A stretch of 63,961 nucleotides of DNA, the filler included, from Choristocarpus tenellus KU-1152 (lineage: Eukaryota > Protista > Phaeophyceae), in NCBI GenBank assembly GCA_964200185.2. It is 9 parts of 9 records of this genome, joined end to end, with 100 filler letters (N's around TTAATTAATTAA, not from the genome) between each part and the next. Parts side by side here need not be neighbours in the genome. Positions count along the whole stretch, not along the records: positions 10,847 to 16,826 come from CAXNAD020009253.1; positions 16,927 to 31,686 come from CAXNAD020001119.1; 7 more parts are not named here. One strand, given 5' to 3'. The notes under the pieces are model-generated. The model was not told where the DNA came from and ran no database searches. It saw only the letters and a list, made by a program, of their open reading frames with translations. A program made the position numbers and the translations under genes. This document shows positions 12,278 through 24,568 of this stretch, piece after piece; the first letter of the stretch is position 1; each line of letters opens with the position of its first letter.

Positions 12278-12311
<34 letters not shown>
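11985..12311 (+). mobile_element. Possible RTE-like LINE 3' fragment ending in an (AC)n tail, inserted in the copia relic
   Basis: GVERCPRGRGG...SGVEDDL resembles the GxRxRGRPxxxWxDxVxxDL end of RTE ORFs; (AC)n at 12279-12311. Confidence 0.3.
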
Positions 12312-12314
<3 letters not shown>

Positions 12315-12904
12315 GTCACCTGACATTTGGATTTGGGAGGACGTATATTGTACAGAACATACCAAAGTATCATCACTTCAAACCTCTGAAGAAAACATAG
12401 AACTCGTACTTTGAATTATAGCACAACTTCACGTTTTGGCATGTTACGTGACAAAGGGTTGTCTGGACGATTGATGGTATGGAGCAAATAGCCATGAATA
12501 TATTCCTGTGCAACAAACGATTTAGGACTAAATTGTCTCAAGCTTTTGCCAAAAAACTCTAGAAAGCGTAACTGAACATTGTAGGTCCACCACAACAAGG
12601 TCTCTCCCTTTGGTGGGCTTGCAGTAGATACTTGAATGATTTTGAACAGTCGATCGAGAGTGAACTCATTTGGTCTCAGAGTGGACAAATTCAAAAAAGC
12701 AAAACTTGCCAACACCAACGCCAGATGTACAAAGACGTTTATCTGTGTCTACAACATCCCTAGAGGCGTACATGCTACTAATCCAAAATAGCAAGTGCAA
12801 CGTAAACAAAAGTACAGATCACTAACTTCTCCTAACACCATTATGAATTGAGAATATTCTAAAGACAGCTATTGATAGACACAGCTCAGAAGACCAATCA
12901 AATG

Positions 12905-13055
12905 TACTCTTGAGCAAAGTTTTGTCCCTTGAGTAAGGGCAAATGGTGACACTCTATGAAGAGTCCTGTCCCTTGACCAAGGACGAAATGGATTATACCC
13001 TGAGCAGAGTCTTGTCCCTTGTGAAAGGGCAAGTGGTAATGCTCTGTGGAGAGAC
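12905..13055. repeat. Degenerate tandem repeat, ~45-bp period, about 3.5 units
   Basis: GTCCCTTGAGTAAGGGC (12924), GTCCCTTGACCAAGGAC (12968), GTCCCTTGTGAAAGGGC (13014). Confidence 0.75.
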
Positions 13056-16000
13056 TTGATCTTGTGGTGAAAGATAAGATGATTAGTGTTGCCCTGTGAG
13101 TATGTACTATCTACGATGGGTGCTGCACATGAGTGCAATATGATGGAGGTCTTGAAGAGGGGTGACCTGTTGTCGTAGAGTGCGATGAGGGGTGGCACCT
13201 GGAAGGGATCAATCGGTGGGGTTGGAAAAGGAATGAGTTGAGGTGCATGAACAGTGATGGTATCATCCTGTTCAAGGGGAACAGGTCTTTTAATGTAGAA
13301 TGCTATTTACTGATGTATATGCACTTCCATGCGGAAACGCCTTCTACCACCTTTTTCTTTGTATTCACTGAAAATCATGTATGTGTGAACAAGAGTTAAT
13401 TTGAGTTGATTATTTTTGTCTCGCTTATTTGATGCCTACCCTGAAGCATTTGATACTGCCTGTCTCTTGTTGTGAGTCTCACTTGCTAAGAGCTCCATAG
13501 TGTGAAGTGGGAGTGTCTATATCTTTCACCCCCCTCTCTATAATAGAACCAGAAATTAGTGAGTCGAGGCAAGACCTCTTCTTATAGCCCAACACGCGTT
13601 CCATCCCAACCCACCGATCCATCTAGCCTTTTTAGTTGCCTCATCCAGTGTATATCATGCCCTGTCGTACAATCTCTGCCCAGGTGCTCATTGCATCTGC
13701 CCCAGGAGAGGGCACCAAGAGGGCGAGCCTTGGTTTGCCCGTGATGATATCAGCAATCTTCTTGACTGCAGCAGGATCAGTCGCCTTTCCCGCCATTCTG
13801 GCCTACCTGTCCCATCAGGTAAGGACTGAGGACTGGCTCTTGTAATCTAATGAGTTGGGACTGGTGATCAGTGGAGATCCACCAATGTAACCGTATCGAG
13901 CTGAAATTTTTTTACTTGAAGTCTTTGAGTTCTTTGATCCGAGGAGAACTTGGCTTTTAAAATTTAGGACTGTGACTTGGTCCATTACTTGAGAGTTTTG
14001 TGAGAATGAGAGGGGGTCTTTTGACAAAGCGCCAAAGTGAACATTAGTACCGATGGAATACTGTACATATCTCTACCAAGGTCTGTATGGCATTGGACAG
14101 AAAGAGTGAATTTGAAGTTTAACATTCTCTACCCCTTTGATCTTACTATTTTGATTGTAGTAGTTATGATATTGGTGCCACCCATAAACATTGTGGTTGC
14201 ATTGTATTGATTATATCCACAACTTGTATACTCTGGAATATGAAGAGAGGTTGCATCTTCAGTAGTGCTGCGGGCTAGAATAGACTTCCTTCGATTGCCA
14301 AAGCCCACAATTGTTCTCATCATTTGTTTCATTTTAAAGGACTGATTTGATCCTAACCCCCTCCCATGAAATGGAACAAATGCGAAGGTGGGTGAGAAGG
14401 AGAAAGGGGCTGTGCAGGGATCGGCAGACACAGTCAGGACCCTGTGCACCATGACTGGAACGCCCTTCATGGCATGGGTGTTTGCTTCATTCATCAAAGA
14501 GGATGCATGGCCGAAGAAGGTGATAGCAAGCTGTGTCCACATGAAGATTGGTTGTGGCAGTGAGGCACTGTTTGCCTCTTTGGGAAGTTGTGACTGTTGA
14601 AAGCAAAGAATAGTGTTGCCTGGTACTGATCCTCAAGGGTTGCCTTCCAATGCTCTTGTTGGACAATGAGAGGTTTTGCCTATTGGGGGAGCCTTGAAAG
14701 ATAATCTCCTCTTGTCCTGTTAAGCCGAAGAAGAAGAAGGGCTTGAGGGAACAATATAATCTAATTTGGCACGGAGCAAGGGGTAGTACAAAATTCTTCA
14801 TTGTTTTCTGCTTGCTATCATTTCTGACTATGAGGTAGTAATGTAGGGGGGAGGTTGAAAGGAGCTAGGACCCGCACCAGGACAAGGTATCCCATCTACA
14901 GACCAAAAGGGCAAGTTTAAACCTTCAAATATTTCCGTGGCCTTTTGTGGAGTGCCGCACCTTACTGGATGTGGCTTTGCCTTGAACACACTCATCAGGG
15001 CTCATCTCTTTTTCAGTGCTGTGAGGTTAATTGTTCTGATGTCTGTGCTGTTTGAATTATGTCTTGGAATCTTAGGTTTCATCCGTCACTTCAAATTTGA
15101 AGCTGCTATTGATGCTATTGCTGCTCATGATGTCTCTCGCCCTATCTTTCTCATCAGTACACAATATCAAACCTCTTTCCATTTTACCTGCTGTTGTTAT
15201 CCACCCCATTTGCCTACATCCTCCCCCCCTTTTACCTCTAAACTGTTACAAAAACCCCAACTTGTGCTGCCCTTGGCGTTTGCCGTGATGATTGGACTGG
15301 GGCCAAGCAGATCACAGGTGCAAGCTACTACGCAGGGGCTGTGTTGGCAACAGTGGCGTGGGCATCAGCCTTGCTCACCTTCCGAAACCATGGGCACACA
15401 AACCTCAAGCCTGGACCAGGAGACAGCGGCTTCAACTTTGAAGGGATGGAACCTTGATGGGCACATTTGTTTGGTAGATACCTCCATACCGCAGTCCAAT
15501 TCTACTACCACACCTGGCTTTGGATAGATGTGTGAGGTCATAGTTCAGGCCCTGGGTTTGGTCAAAGGACTTTAGTCACAGGAAGAGCAAATAGCGTTTT
15601 TGGACCAGAGGAACTGTAAGATGCTTAGTGGCTCAGTCTCTCCTCCTGCACTGATTTCTCCCAAGGAGGGTTCTAGATCTATATAGGCAATGTGCCCACT
15701 ATTAGGTATATTGGAAATAGAGTGTGGGAGGCTGATGCAATACCCATGTCCAAACATGTTGGTTGAATTCGGCAAAGTCTGTTCTGCTGAAGTCTGCCCC
15801 TTCCCCATATCATCTAAACATGTTGTCTTATTCCAAGACTTGTTACCTGCTCGAAGCCTGCACTGATGAACATCACAGGGTCGGGTCGATGTTTTTCACA
15901 AGGATATTTGAGATCTATGAGGGGAAAAAAGGTCGGGAAATACAGATTGGATTAGTGTAGGGATCAAACAATGTACGGGTGGCATTTTCACCCCTAGTGC

Positions 16001-17102
16001 ACCTATAATAAGAAATTCAATGTAGGCAAACTACTGTGTATACCTGTTAAGTGTTTATGGAAGGGTAAGCTGTTTCCAACAGTTTCAAGGGTGGCTGGTT
16101 ATCAGGAGTGATTGTTTCTCACTGTTACGTCTATTCTCCCTGCACGTGGCCTCAGCCCTGGTTCACTTGTTTGAATGACTTTCCTGCCCCGTGCCTTGAC
16201 ATGTTGCTAGTTGGAATTGTTTTTTTTATGTTGTCCCCTTGTGGATAGTGTTGCTTCGGTCATAGTTGCAGTAGGTAGGTCGTGAGCCCAGGTCTTGCAT
16301 TATTAATTCAACAAGGTTGTGTCTAAGATTCACACAAAGTATGTTGTTGTGTCACAGGTTAAGGTTTCAAGTAGCAGAGGGGTGACTGCTATTCTCATTG
16401 TCGTTTGTGCTTGAGCCACAGTTCTTCATTAGTCTGGTCACATTGAGGTCAGCAGACCCCACCCGTAGGCTCTTCTTGTGGTCAAGTAGAGAAGTTTCTA
16501 GAAATTTCCGGTGATGAGTCCTACCCTGACTAGACTCTAGCTAACTCCATTGCAATGTAGAGGTAGGATTATTTTGTTACTGCTGTGCAAATTGTGTGAT
16601 ACATGGTGAAGAACGTGCAGGGTTTATATCATTTGCTTGGTTGGAATAGATTGCTACAACAGTTGTGATTTGGAGGGGTAGAGTTGCATTAGATGTAATA
16701 TGCTACTGCGAGAGCTATGGTGCAGGGTATGCTTTTGCTTTCGTATCACTTGAGGATGGGTGTGTGGAGGGGGGGGGTGTAGACGGATAATGTGCGTATT
16801 TTGGGGGCATATTCGCGATTTGGTGCNNNNNNNNNNNNNNNNNNNNNNNNNNNNNNNNNNNNNNNNNNNNTTAATTAATTAANNNNNNNNNNNNNNNNNN
16901 NNNNNNNNNNNNNNNNNNNNNNNNNNCCGGTGATTCTCTTCGCCACCCTTCCCTGAGTGAACCACGCCGCCACAGAATCACACGATTCACAGAGGTCGTA
17001 ATAATAAAATAGTGTTCAAGGTATGAAATATTGGTTGGTATTTTTCAGTTCTTTCATCGGACCAACTTTTTGGCATGTCCACACCATGTGCACCACATGT
17101 AA

Positions 17103-17506
17103 CACTACCATGAATTTGAGACATCCACAAACAGAGAGATCACAAATCACGTCAGATACCCAACGATGTTGTATTAAATTAAAAACAGTAAGAATAGTAG
17201 GCGTGACCATAACGTGAAATAGTAGGCGTGGCCATAACGTGGCCGCCTGAGTGTTAAAAAATATTATCTAACTGGCCCATAGATAAAATGTTCTAATATG
17301 ACCGAGTCCCTTACCCAACATGGGCAGGCCTGCCATGTACAACGAAGTTCAAACATGGGCGAGACCATAGCCATCACTTGGTCAATATACTGGGGTCCTC
17401 ACCAGTCAATTATAACAAAGTTCGAACATCACCGAGTCAATGGCCATTGGTGGTTTCAACATGGCTGGGCCACGGACTGGCCGTGGCCATATGACCATCG
17501 CTAGTG
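17103..17506. mobile_element. Candidate non-autonomous CACTA (CMC/EnSpm) element
   Basis: Starts CACTA and ends TAGTG; many TG(A/G)CCAT motifs and a 24-bp direct repeat (AATAGTAGGCGTG(A/G)CCATAACGTG) inside; flanks TAA/GAA (imperfect TSD). Confidence 0.35.
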
Positions 17507-17675
17507 GAAATACTAGCTGCCCAGTCAATGAGAAAAGCCTTCGTATTTTTTGTTGTTTCCACGCTAGGACGCCTCGCCAGGTCTTGCACTCCTCGAAAGA
17601 GTTTGGAGTTGAGATATCTCAAGTCGCAGTCTTGTTGGTCTCCTCTCTACTTTAGCAGAAGGCCTCTTGTGAAGC

Positions 17676-19816
17676 ATGAGCGGAGGTGCAAGGCAAAGGC
17701 TCGTCGCATTTCTCTCGAGTCCTTTCACCGCCCTCACTCAGTTCGGGGCTACGTGTTACTGCCTTGACGAGTACTTCATCGATATAACCACTGTACGCTA
17801 CTTAACCTTGTCTCACGATAGCGCTAGTGCGTAAAACGGCATGGTACAGTACTAGGCCAATTAATCAACTTGGTTTTCGGTTCCTATTGCCCTTGCTTTT
17901 CTATCTCCTCCATGGAAGTCCTCCATGTCCTCCCTATGCAAACCTCCCCATGTCTAAGATGGCAGCAAGAAAACGAAGTTTATATTCATGTTCTCTTTCC
18001 CCTTGTGCTTCATATGCTTCCATAATCTTCCGCAGCTCGCCGGACCTTCGATGCTTCCCACGTTTAACCGTGGCTCAGACATTGCATTAACAGACCGCTT
18101 GACTCCTCGGCTGTGGGGTGTCAACAGGGGTGATGTTGTTGTCACCAGAACGCCACAAAACGTAAATCAGATCGTATGCAAACGCATAATCGCGACGGTG
18201 AGTAGTATTTGTGATTGATACTTGCATTCTTATGCAAGATATACCATGGGATTCGCGTGCAGAGGGTTAGGTCTGACTGGGTATTATGCGCTTCAGGCTG
18301 GAGTGGTGCTGTTTGGACAGTCACTCAATCCTGCCCCTCACCGATCCAACTCCTGTCTTATTTCCTTCCCTATATCGTTGCCCCTGTGAATGTCGTGTAA
18401 ACGTAGGCAGGAGAAATAGTGTTGGTGAAATCAAAACAGTGGTATATGGGAACAAGGAAAGTGAAAGTGCCAGTGGGTCATGTCTGGATAGAGGGCGACA
18501 ACCCCAACAACTCTACAGACTCTAGAATGTATGGGCCTGTACCACTGGCTCTGCTTCAGGGAAGGGTTGTTGTCAAGGTGAGTTAAGAGATGCTTGTATA
18601 TTTTTGTATTGAATCTTTGTATAGCCATAGACACAAAATTAACAGTACTATCTTCTGCAGCCATATTCCCTCCAAGGACTGAATGTGATACCCTGAAAAG
18701 CCACTGTTGTTGGGCACTCTTGAATTTTAAATTGTCCAGCCTGCCATACGAAGTGTACTGTAGTGCTACTAGACAGTACAGGTTTCCCCAAGAGATGAGG
18801 TGAACCTTTTCTGTGCTAAATAGTGCCCATACTGTCAACCCTTTTCCATTTACCCCCCCAAATGTCAGCAAGCCCAAACAACACTTAGTAAGTCTGTTCT
18901 TTTCTAGTTTGAGATACTGTTCTTCTTCAGCATAACAATAGAGGTCTTGTAGGAGAATGACAACCATTTTGTGCATCATAATGTTGGGGAAAGGTTTGAT
19001 GGGTGAGAGAAACAAGAGAGTGTATCCACCTGTTCTTTTTTGGAGGGAGCAGGGTGGGAGTGGGGGGGGTGGATAGACATTTTCTGTGGAGAATTTTTTG
19101 TACGGTCGTGATGGTGTCTTGAAATATCTTTTGTCAGTGGCAAAGAGTTAAAAAGCTTCACTTTTGTCATTTACTTTGGAGGCAATGACTCCATTTAAGA
19201 CTTGCCCTCAATCTCTCTGATATGAATTTGGTCTGATTGATTCACGGCCAGCCTTGGATTAAAGTGCCCTTGGCATGATCTCTACCACACACACCTTCTT
19301 CATAGCCAAAATACTCTGAACGCTTGTGTACCTCAACTCTATTCTTCATGAAATCTGTTCGTATTGAGTACAGGGAGTCATCACCTCTTCGCAAATCTTG
19401 GATATAGATCAACAGGTAGTGAGGACTATCATATGTTACAAAGCTTGTCAGTTACAGGGCATAGATATTTGTTAGGGATAGGTGGTCTGAACAATCCTAG
19501 AATAGATGGGCACCAGTATAACTTGAGTGGTCAGGTTAAGTGATACACCATGTTTTCAACTCTATGTACATTCCAAAAAAAGACTGTAATAATTATCTTG
19601 TGATCCCCGACTGCACCCCTCTTCCCCTTTCCCCCCCCCTGGCTCATTTTTTCCCCTGCTCCAATATCCTCTTGATGCCTGCTGGGATTAATCACACTTT
19701 GTTCAATACGAAAGGTCTGGCCTCTAACTGAGGCGGGTTGGTTAAGTCGAAAAGTTCCAAGTTGCCTCTCCCATGTTATTGGCAAGGATAACCAGGAATT
19801 AGATAGGGACGAGTAA
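17676..19816 (+). CDS. IMP1: Mitochondrial inner membrane protease subunit 1 (peptidase S26); exons 17676-17792, 18036-18197, 18407-18577, 19715-19816; 183 aa
   Basis: MSGGARQ...[18 protein letters not shown]|[11 protein letters not shown]...RGDVVV...VCKRII|...[34 protein letters not shown]|VWP. Ser (GPSM) and Lys (CKRI) catalytic dyad present; all introns GT-AG, phase 0. Confidence 0.93.
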
Positions 19817-21548
19817 GAGGGAGACTCAGGGATTCCAGAAGCAAAATGATAGAACTTACATCTTACATGAGTTTGTACATGAGAGGAGGGGTGTTTCGGC
19901 GGGGGGAAACAGGTCATCAAGGTTTTCATAAAAGAGTACTCTTTATGTTTTACCCACTACATCCAAGTGTCCATGAAGGGGTAACATGTAAAAAATGGCT
20001 AACTTTTTCTTGAGCTAGTGCATCTTTAATGAGGATCTTGACAAGGACAACATACGCTGCTTTGTTACAAAATAACTTGTAATACTTCCATCCGATGATA
20101 GACGGAATGCTCACGAGACACCTCTAACCAACCAATGAACAATCAGAAGTTTCAAACTTTTCATTTCCGTTCGTAGGTAAGACCATCGAAGGATTCCTAC
20201 AGAGTACAAATAGCTCCTTTTAGAGGTTTGTTGCAGCAGAAGAAGCTATCATAGAACATACAAGAAACCTCATGTAAACATTTTTCGAACATCAATGGTT
20301 CACTGTAGAGGTTTGATGCAAACGTGAAGCTATTATACTGCACACAGTAACTTCATAGTATTCATTGTTGGGCAGGTTACAGTGGCATGATATATATATA
20401 TACAAAACACATTTGTGTTTCAAATAGGCTTCAATATTTCACCTTATGGAATCTGTTCACTGCTTGTGGAAATATCTTCTATATCTACTATTCTCACTCA
20501 TTTGGAAGATGTTTTCCAGTAGATAGCAAATGCTGGTATCTCCATATACAACTTCAGTAAGGAACAGGGTCCTCTATGATACCCTTGCGCCAAGGCCTAC
20601 CATAATGTCTACCAAAGTGTTCCATTCTTCCAAATTTGATGTAGTCAAACAAACCTTTAGCCACAGCAAACTGGAGGCCTAATCAATGTTTTTAATTTTT
20701 AGTACCTGAGGTGGTTCAAACTTACCTTAAGAGAGGTATTAAAGAGCTCCACGGTTGAACACTTCTGTGTAATCATGCCCCGGACAACATCACTGCTGAT
20801 GGATCACACACATTTATATTTTACTTAATATATTGCTGTGGCAGCTCTACTCGACACACTGCTCTTCCTGTCCGTAAGAAACTCTTTGTGAACATACTAC
20901 TCTGACTTTTCTGGGCTGCACTTCTGCACAGCTGTATTCAGCAATGGCACGTGCCACACACACAAGCAAACAGAAATAGATTTAAGTGTGCCTGCTAGCG
21001 CAATACAAAGCAGCAGAATCTTTTTACTCTCATCTCCCTATATCCTCAGCCTCCGTACACAGCCCCATCAAGCAAGACCATTCACTCCATGTTAGGCATA
21101 CTGTAATACACTCCACCAAGTCCCACACATGAATTGCCACACAGCTAGAAGGCTCTATCTCCCTGGAAAAGTAAACAGAAACTTCCACAGCATTGCGCGA
21201 GTCAATCCCCCAATCACCAAGCCATCATCCCATGCATTTTTTGTTCCAGATGACCACATCAGGCGTCCACCCCCTGCCAAGGGGGCCCAACATACATAGA
21301 GAAGTTCTTTTAATCCAACTGTAGAAAACCGCTGCCTCACCTACCTCACACCGCACAACCGGTGTCATCACCATCTATATACCCAACTCAGTGTGTGAGC
21401 GCATCCATGATACAGGGACCTCCTTCCCCAGCCTTCCCCCCAATACTCGTCTACCTGTACACTTCCTTGGTCTACACCCTGTAGAGGATCAACTTCAAAC
21501 ACACAAGTGCACACACACAAACACAAAAGAGACTGCCCCAGGACACTC

Positions 21549-24378
21549 TTAATTACTCATCCCAACCTCTTCCAACCTCAAATCAGCCTCTGCAGCATCT
21601 GACGTCTTACGGTCGAGTTCTCGCGGGACTGCACGACCATCCCCCCTTGCAAAAAAAAATTTAATAATAACGGCAACGGACACGCACACGGAGGTAGGCA
21701 AGTAGGTGTAAGAGGGGCAGACAAGGATAATAGCGAGGCTGAGGTGAGAATGGACAGGGTTTGTACCACAATACAAGTGAAAAATGTGATGGAACAACTC
21801 AGGGGGGTGTGGGGGGATGGAACAGAACTGAAAAAAGGAGGTGCTAAAACAAAACCTACACCTGCTGCACATCCTGCAATTTTCCTGTGCTTGCAAGCGC
21901 TGAGTTGGTGCTTGTCAGAGAGGGTTAACGGTGTATTCTACGCATGTATTGTGGGGGATCTATGCAACGTCTTGGTCGTAAGTGTAGAGTATGGGGGGAT
22001 CAGAAGGGCAAGATAGTTTGAAGGTATTCCACAAAAGATAGCACTGAGGTTTTATATCAACGACATGTATCATGATGCATCACAGGAGACGAACCTCCAG
22101 CACACGCAACTGGATGATGCAAAGTCTAGCCCCCCCAACAATGTCTCAGACAGTCGCATCTCCAGGTATGCAAAACGATGAGGATTATCATCACAGCAAG
22201 AGGAACACACACACTTTCGTAGTCAACACCATGCCAGCCATCCTCAAAAATTATCATCCACTCACTTCTTGGAAGCAAGACACACACACCTAAGAAAGAC
22301 CTTTGACTTGAGCTGAGGTGCAACAGAGGCTTAGAGAAGTCTCGCATTGCCCTCTCTCCCCCTTATCTCTTTTGCCCTCCCTACCTCCATGATGAGGCGA
22401 TTATAGTTGCATGATTCATACATTTAAACCCTTTTACTCCCCCTTGCAAAACACTTTGTACTCGTTCTTTGTTCTCATCCGTCAAACATACCCTCTTCTA
22501 CTCAAACAAACATGTTACATCATACCACCAACTTCACCTCCCTCTCCCCAACTCCCTAACCTCAAATCCAACCTCTCCTTCTCCTCTGACCAATATCCTC
22601 ACCGGCAGTTCAAGCATGTAACAAACTTTTTTCCTCCACAATTTGGGCAAGCAGCGCTCAATGGGGAGGATATCCCCGGGCTCTTCATCAACACAGAACC
22701 TCCACAGAAGCACTGTGCACAGGCAATTTTCCCCTTGCCAGAGCAGTATGGGCAATTTCGGCGGGTTTTCAGCCTCTCCTGATTATGTGTGTGGGGAGGG
22801 GGGTAAGGGTGAGGCAGAGAGTGATAGGGTATGGGGTTGTGGGGGTCGAGGCAGTACAAAAGTCTTCTTTGCAGCACTAGAAGTCAAAGACAGGGTAAAA
22901 GAAGGGATAATATAATCCTCCTTTGCTGACAGTCTCTACAAAAGGTATTTTTTTGAAAGGATATTTAACAAGGGCAACAATGAACGGTTAGTCCCATCAA
23001 GAGTATGTGCATTGGGGGACATGAGCTGACCGGAAATTTTGAGGAAAAAGGCATGCTACAATAGAGCTTACCCTACTTGAACGTAGCCTATTCAATTCAT
23101 GAGTGGAAAGGTGACCACCCAGCATCAGGGGATAAAGACTCTCCTCTTGATGAAACAAGTTGCCAATACACTGGGCAAAACCGACTGCATCATGGTAGTA
23201 TCAACTTCCCAATTGAAATATGTGTTGGTGCAACAGTCATTCTGTATCTGTAATACCATCATACCTGCTGGATTTCCAACTGGATGAGCGTCCCCATGAC
23301 CCCAACGGAACCTCCTGCTACAGCAGATATCCAGTCGTTGACATTAAACACAGCGTTGGGGTCCAATGCTCCCACAGGTGGCACTGTCCGACGACCCTCC
23401 AGGGCTGGCGTTGCCATCGGTCCACTGCGATTCATCGGGAAAGTGCTACTCGCCCACAGCCACAAAAAAATTCAGTCAGGTAAGGAATGGAACCAGATAT
23501 TGGAGAGGGGGGGAAGAGGATGAGCAGTTACAGAATCAAAGTTCTCTTACGTGCTTGTTCATAAACTGGAAGGGAGTAAGAGAGACGGGGGTTCCGCTAT
23601 AAACTCGATCGAAGATTATGAATACAACAAACAAATGTGTTGGTCGAGAACTGCTGGCTAGTTGATCCTGGCACGGAGGCCTCGCTTTCGTGAAGAAGCA
23701 GTCAATCATAGCAAAAATAGAAGGTATTACCACACAGCTGCATCCACTGCCGCTTTACCACACATTGATGTCAGCCGTCTGTCCTCATTGCGAATAAAAA
23801 TCCACCTCCGGAAGATCAACCCTTCAACTCAAAAAACCAACCCAAGCACCACTGTCACCACTGCCAAGAGACGACAAGGCTAGGAGCACCTACGCAAATC
23901 CGGAGGACACCGATGCCTCCACCACAACGCCACGTAAGTCATTACGGAAACGGAGAAGGCATGTACTAATCTGAAAATTCTATGGCCATATCATGTGAAT
24001 GTCACCCTTGCGTTTTTCGCCTTGCTTCATACCAATGACCAGACTCGAACCAAATATATACGGCACATGGGAGCCCACACAATGACAATATCCCAACCGT
24101 CGACAAGGATTCCCTTGCCAAAGAAAGAACATGAAACGGGTGATATCATACCTTGCTTGCGGCTTGCTCTTTCCCTGAGTCCCGCATCCCACACAGGGAG
24201 GCGCAACAGGTGCAACAAAAACGGTTGTCATACGGGCCGAAGTACCTGACAGGGTTGAAACCTCCACACTTCCAGCTCGCCTCACCCACGACGTCTCGGC
24301 ATGATATACCGTTGAACCCAGGATAAGCATCGCACAAACATGTGCAAATATGCAGAGGGCCAAGAAGACCCGTGCCAT
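21549..24378 (-). CDS. ORANGE-like DnaJ cysteine-rich zinc-finger protein, probably plastid-targeted; exons 24378-24152, 23424-23265, 22778-22603, 21645-21549; ~219 aa
   Basis: WISAVAGGSVGVMGTLIQLEIQQ|ERLKTRRNCPYCSGKGKIACAQC...CPNCGGKKFVTCLNCR|GDG mirrors the plant OR layout (GGAVGV..LM.VE...RCxYCxGxGxxxCAxC...CxNCxG). Four CxxCxGxG-type motifs; splice phases 2, 0, 2 are consistent. Exon 1 (hydrophobic N-terminus MARVFLALCIFAHVCAMLIL) is less certain. Confidence 0.82.
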
Positions 24379-24568
24379 GTTGTAAGTCGGTTTAGGTCTT
24401 GTGTATCTCAGATCAGAGGTTCGAGGTTGACCTTTGAGAGAGGAATCGCGTGTGGTTTCACATGAGCAACCGCGCGCAATATGATTATGTATTTCTTTTG
24501 GTTTGGTATGGTAATATAGAGCGAGCAAATAAGGTAAAGAGATATCTTTCTTATTATGCCCTCTAAAA

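Larger units (their letters stand above)
11060..14600 (-). mobile_element. Heavily decayed Ty1/copia LTR retrotransposon pol relic
   Basis: Minus-strand fragments in copia order: protease-like VDTACYHL (~14530); integrase-start-like TLVHTY...KGGRRRF (~13390); RQFSPKSF...IHGY (~12520); RT-like SLKQS (~11525) and LLLGLHDD (YVDD-equivalent, ~11250). Many stops and frameshifts; no LTR pair identified. Confidence 0.5.

Noticed and set aside
12905-13055. Repeat-spacer-like pattern resembling a CRISPR array
   Set aside because: Only about 3 degenerate units, the spacers are related to each other, there are no cas genes and the context is eukaryotic.
14937-15527. Long ORFs in the track such as 14937-15527, 18431-19015, 32116-32517, 58157-58696, 58196-58711
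   Set aside because: No recognisable motifs; they are antisense or alternative frames of real exons or TE relics, or chance ORFs.
17440-17655. Alternative IMP1 first exon (VLHSSKEFGVEISQ) from the ORF track
   Set aside because: 17676-17792 has its own ATG, a good GTACGC donor and a better IMP1 match (QF...C..EY..D.T).
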